Below are positions 55,336 through 64,000 of a DNA stretch of 64,000 bases, piece by piece. Source of the stretch: an uncultured Actinomycetes bacterium (GTDB lineage: Bacteria; Actinomycetota; Thermoleophilia; Gaiellales; JAICJC01). Below the pieces are notes generated by a model. That model worked only from the letters and a program-made list of their open reading frames with translations, had not been told where the DNA came from and ran no database searches. Made by a program: the position numbers and the translations under genes. The stretch covers positions 3,288 to 67,287 of the forward strand of contig CAVRSB010000024.1 in assembly GCA_963723785.1 (NCBI GenBank), in the 5' to 3' direction. Each line of letters starts with the position of its first letter. Within the stretch, counting starts at the first letter, position 1.

Positions 55336-56646
55336 TCATGCCGCCCGAGCGCGCACCGCGAGGTGGAGGGCAAGCCGCTGATCGGGATCGTCCAGATCGA
55401 CGCCGAGCGTCGCCACGATCCGCTTGATCCGGTAGGCGACCGCGTTTCGGTGCAGGTGCAGCTCGCGACCTGCCGCCACCAGCGACCCGCCGTGGTCGAG
55501 GTAGGAGCGCAGGGTGCGGACGGCCTCGGCCGCTCGCCGGCCGCCGAGTGCATCCAACGGCGCCAGCAGCTGCTCCACCGACGCCCGAGCAGCATCGTTG
55601 GCATACCACTCGACCAGCATCCGCTGGAGCCCGGCCGGGTCGAACGCGTTGACCACGCCCGCCGGGCCGGAGTCAAGCGCCGAGCGGGCCTCCGCGTCGG
55701 AGCTGCGAAGACCGGCAAGGCCTGCGTGCGGCGTTCCGACACCGCACCTGATCTCTCCGGCCGGTGGCAGCGCCGCGATCACACGGCGGGCCGTGTCGGC
55801 CACGGCAGCCGTCCTGCGCTGCCCCGGCTCGGCCCGGTCCATCCGCACCAGCACGATGGCGGAGTCAAGCAGGGCTGCGTGCCACACCCCTCCACCGGCC
55901 CGTGCGGTCTCCAGCGCCGCTCGCACCACATCCTCGTCCGAGGCCTCCAGCTCGAGCCGCACCACGGTGTGCCAGCCGTCCACCGGCAATCCCAGCGTAC
56001 GTGCCCGATCGGCCACCAGGCTGGTGCGATGCGGGGAGGCCAACAAGAGCTCGGTCAGCACAACTCCCCGCGACCGGATCGGTGCGTCGACCCGGCGCCG
56101 CTCCTCCTGCTCCCAGCGGGCGCTGATCTCACCGGCGGTGACCAGTGCGAGCTGTCGCGCAACACCCGGCGCGCCGTGCGCGGGCGCATCCGCGGCCATC
56201 AGATCGCGCGCCAGCTCGGCCACTCGTCGGGGAGATCGATCATCGGACGAGCGCAGCGCAGTGACGAACGCCGAGGCGTCCATCAGTGCCTGGGCGGCGC
56301 CGGCGTCGATCACGCGGGTCACGTGCATGCACAGGGCGCCGACGTCCACGTCCGCGCCCGCAGCCAGCACTGCAGGCCCCGCCCGCCCGGCGATCGCGTG
56401 AACGGTCGGCGACAGCGGCCGCGGCGGGTCGATCAACACCAGCGCCGCCGCCCCGCGTTCCGAAAGCGTGCGAGTGGCGGAGTCGAGCCGGTAACCGGAG
56501 ACGTCGACCGCCCGGGCCAGCACCACTGCCATCCCGGCGGATACCTGCTCGAGGTGGCTGACCTGCTCGACCACCGACACCCCGGAGAGTTCGACCGCCG
56601 GTGCGTCAATCAGCCGCTCCAGCCCGAGATCAGAGGCCAACGCCAT
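55336..56646 (-). CDS. PucR/CdaR-family transcriptional regulator
   Basis: Intact 436-aa ORF. The C-terminal PucR HTH is LRSYLDHGGSLVAAGRELHLHRNAVAYRIKRI. Confidence 0.8.
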   Translation of the reverse strand: MALASDLGLERLIDAPAVELSGVSVVEQVSHLEQVSAGMAVVLARAVDVSGYRLDSATRTLSERGAAALVLIDPPRPLSPTVHAIAGRAGPAVLAAGADVDVGALCMHVTRVIDAGAAQALMDASAFVTALRSSDDRSPRRVAELARDLMAADAPAHGAPGVARQLALVTAGEISARWEQEERRRVDAPIRSRGVVLTELLLASPHRTSLVADRARTLGLPVDGWHTVVRLELEASDEDVVRAALETARAGGGVWHAALLDSAIVLVRMDRAEPGQRRTAAVADTARRVIAALPPAGEIRCGVGTPHAGLAGLRSSDAEARSALDSGPAGVVNAFDPAGLQRMLVEWYANDAARASVEQLLAPLDALGGRRAAEAVRTLRSYLDHGGSLVAAGRELHLHRNAVAYRIKRIVATLGVDLDDPDQRLALHLAVRARAA

Positions 56647-56652
56647 CCGGTA

Positions 56653-56669
56653 TTGTGCTCATAGCACAA
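56653..56669. promoter_or_regulatory. Inverted repeat TTGTGCT-CAT-AGCACAA in the 51-bp divergent intergenic region; candidate operator
   Basis: Read directly from the sequence. It lies in an AT-rich patch between the PucR regulator start (56646) and the DUF917 start (56698). Confidence 0.3.
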
Positions 56670-56697
56670 CTTCTCTGTCAAATTTGGCGTTTTCTCC

Positions 56698-57809
56698 ATG
56701 CCGGCATCGAGGAACCGCCTACGCTGCCTGGTGCAGCTCGACCACTCCAACCTCCCGCGCTTCGCCCGCGGCTGCGCCGTGCTCGGCGCCGGCGGCGGTG
56801 GGGACACCTACGTCGGAGCTGCTCGGCGCGCTGCAGGCCGTCGGGGACTTCGGCCCGGTGCCGGTGTCGACCTGGACGAACTGCCCGACGACGCCCTGGT
56901 GATGCCGTGCGGCAGGCATCGGCGCGCCCACCGTGTCGATCGAGAAGATCGGCGACGGACGACGAGGGCGTCGAGCCTGCTCGAGCAGCTGGAGCGCTTC
57001 ACCGGGGCGCCGGTGGCCGCGCTGATGGCCGCCGAGATCGGCGGCTCGAACGGCATGCTCCCGGTCGCCTGGGCGCGCGCATGCCGGGCTCCCCGTCGTC
57101 GATGCCGACGGCATGGGCCGCGCCTTCCCCGAGGTCCCGCAGGTGACGATGGAGCTGGCCGGCATCTCGCCGAACCCGGCCGTGATGACCGACGAGCGCG
57201 GCAACGTGGTCGTCTTCGAGCGATCCCGGCGACTGGACCGAGCGGCTGGAGCGCGCCGCGCGGTCGAGTTCGGCGGCAGCGCGTCCTCGGCCGAGTACCT
57301 GATGACGCGCGGCGGAGGCCCGCCGGCGCGACCGTCGCGGCATCGTCTCGCTGGCGCTCGGGATCGGCGAGGCGGTCGAGGCGCGCCGAGCGCGACCCGG
57401 TCGAGGCCCTGGTCGCCGAGCTCGGCGCCGTCGCCTGATCGCGGCAAGGTCGTCGACGTCGAGCGGCGGACGACCGGCGGGTTCGCCCGCGGCTCGGCGA
57501 TCGTCGAGGGCCTGGGCGCCGACGCCGGGCGGCTGCTCCGGCTGGAGATCCAGAACGAGAACCTGGTGGCGCTCGAGGACGGGCTGCGTGCTCGCCTCGG
57601 TGCCCGACCTGATCACGGTGCTCGACTCCGAGACGGCCGACGCGATCGCGACCGAGCGGCTCGCGCTACGGCCAGCGGGTCACCGTGATCGCCTTCGCCT
57701 GCGACCCGATCTGGCGGACCGCCGCGGGCATCGAGGTCGCCGGGCCGCGGGCGTTCGGCTACGACTTCGACTACGTGCCCGTGGAGGAGCTCATGCCGGC
57801 CGCGCCTGA
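56698..57809 (+). CDS. DUF917-family protein (hydantoinase-associated), multiply frameshifted; 3' end uncertain
   Basis: The blocks are GCAVLGAGGGGDTY, AAEIGGSNG and the hallmark VVDADGMGRAFPEVPQVTM, recovered across several frames. Confidence 0.6.
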
Positions 57810-59370
57810 CCTCCGTCTCGGCATCGACGTCGGCGGCACGAACACCGACGCGGTCGTGCTCGACCGCGACGACCGCGTGCTCGCCAGGGCCAAGGCGCCG
57901 ACGACGGCCGACGTCACCGCGGCATCGCGAGGCGATCGACGCGGTGCTCGCACGCGCCGGCGGTGGACGCGCGATCGCATCACCCACGTGATGCTCGGCA
58001 CCACCCACGCCACCAACGCGGTGCTCGAGCGGCGCCACCTGCAGCGGGTCGCGGTGCTGCGGATCGGCGCGCCCGGCCACCCGTCGGTGCGGCCGCTGTT
58101 CGGCCTGGCCCGACGACCTGCGCGCCGCGGTCTCGGCGGGCGAGGCGATCGTCGGCGGCGGGATCGAGTTCGACGGCCGCGAGCATCGTCGCCTTCGACC
58201 CCGAGGCCATCGCCCGGTTCCTCGAGACGCGTCGCCGGCACGGCCGAGGCGGTCGCGATCACCGGCGTGTTCTCGCCGGTCTCGCCGCGCACGAGCTGGC
58301 CGCGCCGCGAGGTCGCGCGCAAGAAGCTCGGCGACGACGTGCACGATCTCGCTCAGCCACGAGATCGGCTCGATCGGCCTGCTCGAGCGCGAGAACGCCA
58401 CCGTGCTCAACGCCGCCCTGACCGGCGTGGCCCGCGACGTGGCCGGCGCGCTGCAGGAGGCGCTCGCCGCGCCACGGGCTGCGACGCCGGTCACGTTCTT
58501 CGCCCAGAACGACGGCACGCTGATGGCCCTGGACTACGCGCTGCGCTACCCGGTGCTCACGATCGGCTGCGGCCCGGCCAACAGCTCCGCGGCGCCGCGT
58601 TCCTCACCGGGCCACGCGACGCGCTGGTGGCCGACGTCGGCGGCACGTCGACCGACGTCGGCGTGCTCGTCGGCGGGTTCCCGCGCGAGTCCGCCGCGGC
58701 GGTCGAGATCGGCGGCATCCGCACCAACTTCCGCATGCCCGACCTGGTCACGATCGCGCTCGGCGGCGGCACCGTGGTCGCGTCGCGACGCCGACGGGGT
58801 CCGGGTCGGCCCGCGAGAGCGTCGGCTACCGGCTCGCGCGAGCGAGGCGCTGATGTTCGGCGGGCGACACCCCACGCTGACCGACGCCGCCGTCGCCGGC
58901 GGGCCGCACCGACCTGGGCACGCTGCCGGCCGGCGCCGACACGAGCCTGCTGCGCGGCGGGCCTCGAGCGCGGCCGACGCGATGCTCGCCGACGCGATCG
59001 ACCGGGTGAAGACCGTCAGCCGGCGAGCCGCCGCTGATCGTCGTCGGCGGCGGCAGCGTGCTCGTGCCCGACCGGCTGCCCGGGCGTGAGCGAGATCCTG
59101 CGCCCCGAGCACTTCGACGTGGCCAACGCGATCGGCGCGGCCATCGCCTCGGTCAGCGGCCAGGTCGACCGGGTGTACGCCCTCAACGGCCGCGGCCGGC
59201 GAGCGGTGCTCGACGAGGCGCCGGACAGAGGCGCGCGAGCGCGCCGTGCAGGCCGGTGCCGACTCCACCCGGTCGAGATCGTGGAGCTGGAAGAGGTGCC
59301 GCTGGCCTACCTGACAACCCCCGCAATCCGCGTCCGCGCAAAAGCAGTGGGCCCGCTCTCGAGCGTCTGA
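57793..59370 (+). CDS. Hydantoinase/oxoprolinase (HyuA-like) family protein, multiply frameshifted
   Basis: GGAGGAG precedes the ATG at 57793. The blocks are LRLGIDVGGTNTDAVVLD, GTTHATNAVLER and DVGGTSTDVGV. The C-terminus comes from track ORF 59086..59370. Confidence 0.7.
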
Positions 59371-59380
59371 GGAGGAACCG

Positions 59381-61032
59381 ATGACCCGCCACACCATTCG
59401 TTCAAGGATCCTGGCCACCGCCGCCGTGGCGCTCCGTGGTTGCTGTCGCCGGCGCCTGCGGCGGCAGCTCCACCGGCGGCAGCTCGTCGGGCTCCGGCGG
59501 GATCCTGCGGATCGGCACCACCAACTCGGTCGACTCACTCAACCCGTTCGTGGCGATCAACCCCCAGGCCGTAGAACGCATTCAGCATGGAGTACCCCCA
59601 GCTGGTGCAGTACTCGCGCGATCTCAAGCTGGAGGGCGACTGGGCCAAGTCGTGGTCACACTCCGCCGACGGGCTCACCTGGACGTTCCATCTGATCCCG
59701 AACACCACCTGGTCGGACGGCACGCCGATGACCGCCGCCGACGCGGTCTGGAGCGGCGAGACGGTGTTGAAGTACGCCGCCGGAGCCACCGCTCTGCGGG
59801 CGGGGGCGCTGGAAGGCGTCAAGAGCGTCGACCGCCCCCAATCCCGACCACCGTGGTCATCACCTACAAGCAGCCGGTTGGAAACGCGCTCTCGCAGCTG
59901 CAGCAGTTCTACATCTATCCAAAGCATGTGTGGGCGTCCCACACCGGAAACGACGGCAAAGACCTCAAGGCCTACCAGGTGCAGGAGCGACCTGCCCACT
60001 GTCGCCGGCGGCCCGTACGTGATCTCGAAGTACGACGCCAAGGGCGTGACGGTGTTCAAGCCCAATCCGCAACTTCTACGGGCCGGCTCGCACGCCCAGG
60101 CGGTGGCGCTCTCGTGGTACACCAACCCGACCTCGCTGGTGGCCGACATGGACTCCGGCAACCTGGACTTCATCGACCAGGTGCCGTTCGGGGCCGCCGA
60201 CAGCCTCAAGAGCCAGCCGGGCGTCGCGGTGCAGCTGGGAGAAAACGGCGAGCTGCCCAGCATCACCTTCAACTCCAACCCGGCCAAGCCCAAGAACCGC
60301 GAGCTGCTGAACCTCAAGGTGAAGGAGGCGCTGGAGTACGCAACTCCCCGTGAGCAGATCGCGAACGTCGTCTTCAGCGGCTATGCCACCCCGTACGCGA
60401 ACCTGATCTCATCCCAGTCAAAGGGCGACGGGTGGGTGAACCCGGCGGTGCAGCCGCTGCCGCTGGACGTCGAGCAAGGCCAACCAGATCCTGGACGGGC
60501 TGGGGTATGCGAAAGGCTCCGACGGGATCCGTGAGGTACCGGCAACCGGCGGCAAGTACCCGCAGGCTGCGCACGAGATGAGCTACGGCGTGATCGTGCC
60601 GGGCCGGGCACGCTCGACTTCAACGGCAGCCGCCAGTTCCAGATCCTGGCCACTGCCTGGGCGCAGGTGGGGGTCAAGCTGCACGAGATCCCGGGCGGCG
60701 ACGCCAACCAGGCGGTGGCGATGGAGACGGCGGGGAACTACACCAAGTTCGACCTCGCCACCTGGTACTGGATCGGCTACATCGACCCCAACTTCATGCT
60801 CTCGATCCTGACCAAGGATCAGTGGGGCGGCTGGAGCGACACCGGGTACGACGACCCCGCCTACGACGCCCAGTACCGAGAGCAGGCGGCCACCATCGAC
60901 GAACAGGCGCGACGCGCACTGGTGTGGAAGATGGAGGCCGAGATCGCAGCCACGCGCCCATACATCCAGCTGGTGGAGGAGCGCCTGATCACGGCGCACT
61001 CCACCGGCTGGACGGACTTCGCGCCCAAGTGA
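59381..61032 (+). CDS. ABC-transporter solute-binding protein, family 5 (peptide/nickel type), lipoprotein, multiply frameshifted
   Basis: GGAGG precedes the ATG. After frame correction the signal peptide and lipobox read ..VVAVAGACGGSS. Other blocks are LRIGTTNSVDSLNPF, WSDGTPMTAADAV and WYWIGYIDPNFML. Confidence 0.8.
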
Positions 61033-61120
61033 ACGGGTACTGCAAGGTGCTATTACACCGACCCCCACCAGGTGGGCTCATCGCTGCCGTATTCTCCCGG
61101 GGTCGAATGAGTACCACCCC

Positions 61121-62045
61121 GTGACCCGCCAACCCTCGGGACTCCTCGTGATCGCTCCCGAGGTTCAGCGAGCGCTGACCCGCTCCGAACCCGTGGTGGG
61201 GCTGGAGTCGTCGCTGATCGCCCACAACCTGCCGGCAGCCGTCGGGCCGGATGTCGCCCGCGAGTGCGAGCAGCGGGTGCGAGACGCGGGAGCGATGCCG
61301 GCCACGATCGCGGTGATCGACGGCCAGATTCACGTCGGCATCGACAGCGAGCAGATGGAACGGCTCGCGGTCGAGCCGCAGGTGCGCAAGGTCGGCCCGC
61401 GCGACCTGGGCGCGCGTCACGATCTCGGGCATGTGCGGCGCGACCACGGTCGCCGGCACGATGGCGGTGTGCCGGGTTGCCGGCGTGCACTTCATGGCGA
61501 CCGCGGGCATCGGCGGCGCTCATCGCGGCTGGGCAACGTCGGGTGACGTCTCCGCCGACGTGCTGGAGCTCGGCACCTCACCGGTGTGCGTGGTGTGCTC
61601 GGGCGCCCGCTCGTTTCTGGACACCGCGGCCACGCTCGAGCTGCTCGAGACCTACGGCGTGCCGGTGATCGGCTACGGCATCGACCACTTCCCGCTCTAC
61701 TACGCCCGCTCCAGCGGTCGCGAGCTGGTCGACCGGGCCGACGACCCCGAGACGCTGGCGGCCGTCACCGCCGCCCACTGGGCGCTCTCGCGTTCATCGG
61801 CGATCATCGTGGCAAACGCGATCGCAGAGGAGGCGGCGCTGTCCGCCGACGAGCTCGAGCCGCTGATCGCCGAGGCGATGGCCGCCGCCGCCTCGGCCGG
61901 TGTGGACGGCATCGACCTGACGCCGTTCGTGCTGCAGCGCCTGCACCTGGAGACCGATGGGCGCACGCTGGCCGCCCACCGCCGGCTGGTGGCCGACAAC
62001 GCAGAGCTGGCCGCACAGATCGCCGCCGCCTACTACACGCGCTGA
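61121..62045 (+). CDS. psuG: Pseudouridine-5'-phosphate glycosidase (one or two frameshifts near 61400-61440)
   Basis: The blocks are VVGLESSLIAH, ATIAVIDGQIHVG, TTVAGTMAV, FATAGIGGAHRG and DVSADL-type DVSADVLEL. Confidence 0.8.
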
Positions 62046-62046
62046 G

Positions 62047-63330
62047 CTACCCCCGCGGCTTGAGCACGTACAGCCGCCCGAACCCGACCACCACCAGCCG
62101 CCCCGCGGCGGCGATCGCCGGCGAGTACTTGCCGTCGTGGAACTGCCACACCAGCCGCCCGTTGCCGGGGTTGTAGCCATACACATGGCCGGAGACGCTG
62201 CCGCTGGCGCCACGGTCGGCGACGTACACCAGCGGTCCGATCACGACCGGCGAGGACAGCGTGTTGTAGGCCAGTTGGTGACGCCACAGCTCGCTGCCGG
62301 TGCGGGCGTCGAGGGCGACGAACGTGCCCAGCGACGAGGTGGCGAACACCCGGCCATCGGCAACGGCGGGAGAGCCGTACGCCCAGCCGGGCAGAGTGGT
62401 CGACCAGGCCTCTTCGCCGGAGTTCGCGTCGAACGAGTACACCTTGCCGTCGGTGTTGCCGACATACACGCGGCCGTAGGCGACCGCCGGTGTGGAGTAG
62501 AAGCCGCCGGAGCGATAGCCGCTGGAAAGACCGGCTGTCTGCTTGCGCCAGATCAGCCCGCCGGTGGTCGCGTTTAGGCAGTACATCACTCCCGCGTAGT
62601 CGCCGAAGTAGAGCCGGCCGTTGACCAGCGCCGGGCCATGCTTGACCGCCCCTGAGGTCGCGTACGTCCACTTGACGCGGCCGGTGTCGGCGGACACCGC
62701 CACCATCGCGCCCGACAGCTTGCCGATGTAGACGGTGCCGTGCCACACCGCCGGGGAGCCCTCGAGGGCGCTATTGGTCTGAAGCCTCCATACCTGGCTG
62801 CCATTTGAGCGGCGCAACTTGAGCAGGCCCGATCCCGAAGGCAGGTACACGAACTTGCCGGCCACCGCCGGCGAACCCAGCGCGGGCAGGCTCGATCCGG
62901 CGCGTAGGTGACGATGCCACAACACCGTGCCCTTGAACACGTCGAAGGCGGTGGCGTTGCCGGCGTCCGACAGCTCGTAGAGGACGCCGTCGGCATAGCC
63001 CGGCGGGTACTCCAGAAGCCCGCCGCCGCGGGCCGACCAGCTGGTCTTGTACGGCGGGTGGATGCTTGCCAGATCGGTGGCGTCGCGGGTGCGCGCGAGG
63101 GTGCGCCCGTAGAACGGCCACGGCTGGCCGACCTGGGGCACCGCAGGGTTGGTTGCCGTGGACGTGGGAGGGGGCGGAAGCGGGTCGGCGGTGCTGGTGA
63201 ACGGCACTTTGTCGCCGTTTCGCACATCCCCCACCCGCTGGGTGGCGACCCAGTAGCCGACGATGGACAGGCCGATGCCAACGACCAGCACCGCGGCACC
63301 GCAGATCAACCAGATTTTTCGTCGCGACAT
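62047..63330 (-). CDS. PQQ-like beta-propeller repeat protein with N-terminal membrane anchor
   Basis: ATG at 63330 gives MSRRKIWLICGAAVLVVGIGLSIVGYWV. Repeated ..G.V(Y/F)....G.L.A.D..TG...W motifs follow. The track ORF extends to 63387, next to palindrome copy 6. Confidence 0.75.
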   Translation of the reverse strand: MSRRKIWLICGAAVLVVGIGLSIVGYWVATQRVGDVRNGDKVPFTSTADPLPPPPTSTATNPAVPQVGQPWPFYGRTLARTRDATDLASIHPPYKTSWSARGGGLLEYPPGYADGVLYELSDAGNATAFDVFKGTVLWHRHLRAGSSLPALGSPAVAGKFVYLPSGSGLLKLRRSNGSQVWRLQTNSALEGSPAVWHGTVYIGKLSGAMVAVSADTGRVKWTYATSGAVKHGPALVNGRLYFGDYAGVMYCLNATTGGLIWRKQTAGLSSGYRSGGFYSTPAVAYGRVYVGNTDGKVYSFDANSGEEAWSTTLPGWAYGSPAVADGRVFATSSLGTFVALDARTGSELWRHQLAYNTLSSPVVIGPLVYVADRGASGSVSGHVYGYNPGNGRLVWQFHDGKYSPAIAAAGRLVVVGFGRLYVLKPRG

Positions 63331-63388
63331 CGCGCCGCAGACTACCCGCCGCTGGTTGGAGAGCGGCTGGACCCCGCACGCCGCCACC

Positions 63389-63421
63389 GTGAATAATTCG
63401 TGCCTGGCACCAATTATTCAC
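63389..63421. repeat. AT-rich palindrome family, copy 6: GTGAATAATTCGTGCC-T-GGCACCAATTATTCAC (one arm mismatch)
   Basis: Read directly from the sequence. It lies between two co-directional minus-strand genes, and the upstream gene's TAG stop (63421-63423) abuts the right arm. Confidence 0.95.
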
Positions 63422-64000
63422 TACACGGTTCTATCCTCGGCGGCGAGGACTCTGCGGCCGGTGAGGTCGCCGTAGAGGGCGCGGATGAAGAGTGCCGAGA
63501 ACGGCCACACGATCGGCACCGAGCAGGCTAGCGCCAGGATCTGCGCCGCCATACCGCCGGAGAACGCCGACACCACCAGGAACATCGAGATCATCACCGG
63601 CGCCGAGAAGACCATGATCACCAGCCACACCGCCCAGGTGCGCTGGAAGTTGGAAAGCGCCAGCGTGAATCCCCGGCCCAGCCCACCCGCGGGGGAGCGA
63701 TCTCCGGCCGCCACGGCCGGCACCGCCAGCAGAAAGAACGGGATCACGATCACCACGAACGGCTGCAGGAACAGCAGCAGCAGGCCGGTGACCAGGCCGA
63801 TCACGGTGGCGGTGACAAACGTCCCCAGCACCTGCGCCCGGGGTGCGGCCACGGGCAGCCCGCGCAACACCACAAACCCCACGAAGGCGAAGTAGGCGAC
63901 GCCGTAGGCCAGCGCCGTCACGACATACACCGTCGTTGCCGGCCGGCCGTTGGCGTGCAGGATCACCGCCGGCAGTCCGGCCAGCACGGTGCCGATCACC
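63421..64000 (-). CDS. Polytopic membrane protein, 5' end off window
   Basis: Track ORF 63421..63999 with about 5 hydrophobic helices. No recognisable motif. Confidence 0.4.
   Translation of the reverse strand, partial: VIGTVLAGLPAVILHANGRPATTVYVVTALAYGVAYFAFVGFVVLRGLPVAAPRAQVLGTFVTATVIGLVTGLLLLFLQPFVVIVIPFFLLAVPAVAAGDRSPAGGLGRGFTLALSNFQRTWAVWLVIMVFSAPVMISMFLVVSAFSGGMAAQILALACSVPIVWPFSALFIRALYGDLTGRRVLAAEDRTV

Noticed and set aside
57685-57809. The DUF917 and hydantoinase genes could be a single fused gene, because there is no in-frame stop between them in track ORF 57685..59037.
   Set aside because: A strong GGAGGAG-ATG start at 57793 and the surrounding indel noise make two genes at least as likely. 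This cannot be decided from this sequence.
61064-61076. The small palindrome CCCACC-A-GGTGGG after the solute-binding protein gene could be a terminator or a seventh family member.
   Set aside because: It has only 6-nt arms with a 1-nt centre, no AT-rich flanks and no similarity to the family arms. It is too weak to call.

Overview
This is a high-GC window (roughly 70% by eye) from a Gram-positive-type chromosome, probably a deep-branching member of Actinomycetota (inference from gene content and order). It is almost entirely housekeeping and envelope genes, tightly packed, and many neighbours overlap by 4 nt at stop/start (GTGA or ATGA). I found no rRNA, CRISPR array, transposase, integrase or recognisable defence genes. 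The only RNA gene is tRNA-Gln(UUG).

Main blocks, in order:
- 1-4.2 kb: a PilZ gene divergent from a giant zinc-ribbon/cyclase/ATPase/TPR gene.
- 5.8 kb: trxB.
- 7.3-17.9 kb, minus strand: resA-ccmH-ccdA-fdxA-phosphodiesterase-addB-addA-nth.
- 19-40 kb, minus strand: a Bacillus-like origin-proximal block, rsmI/abrB/metG-tatD-rsmA-ispE-tRNAGln-glmU-prs-ctc-pth-mfd-prsA-like-mazG-eno-pyk-ftsB-DUF501.
- 42.5-54.6 kb: an envelope glycoconjugate cluster containing UDP-sulfoquinovose synthase.
- 55.3-62 kb: a PucR-regulated DUF917/hydantoinase/solute-binding protein/psuG cluster.

The most unusual signal is a family of six nearly identical AT-rich 31-33 bp palindromes, consensus GTGAATAATTGGTGCC-T-GGCACCAATTATTCAC. 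All six sit in the short gaps at gene ends, several contain the stop codons of the flanking genes, and two copies carry compensatory arm changes.

The second striking property is a high and very unevenly distributed density of single-base frameshifts in clearly essential genes (eno, pyk, mfd, glmU, addAB and others). Where I checked, these fall at G/C homopolymers, so I read them as consensus indel errors rather than pseudogenes. Coordinates for frameshifted genes are outer boundaries.
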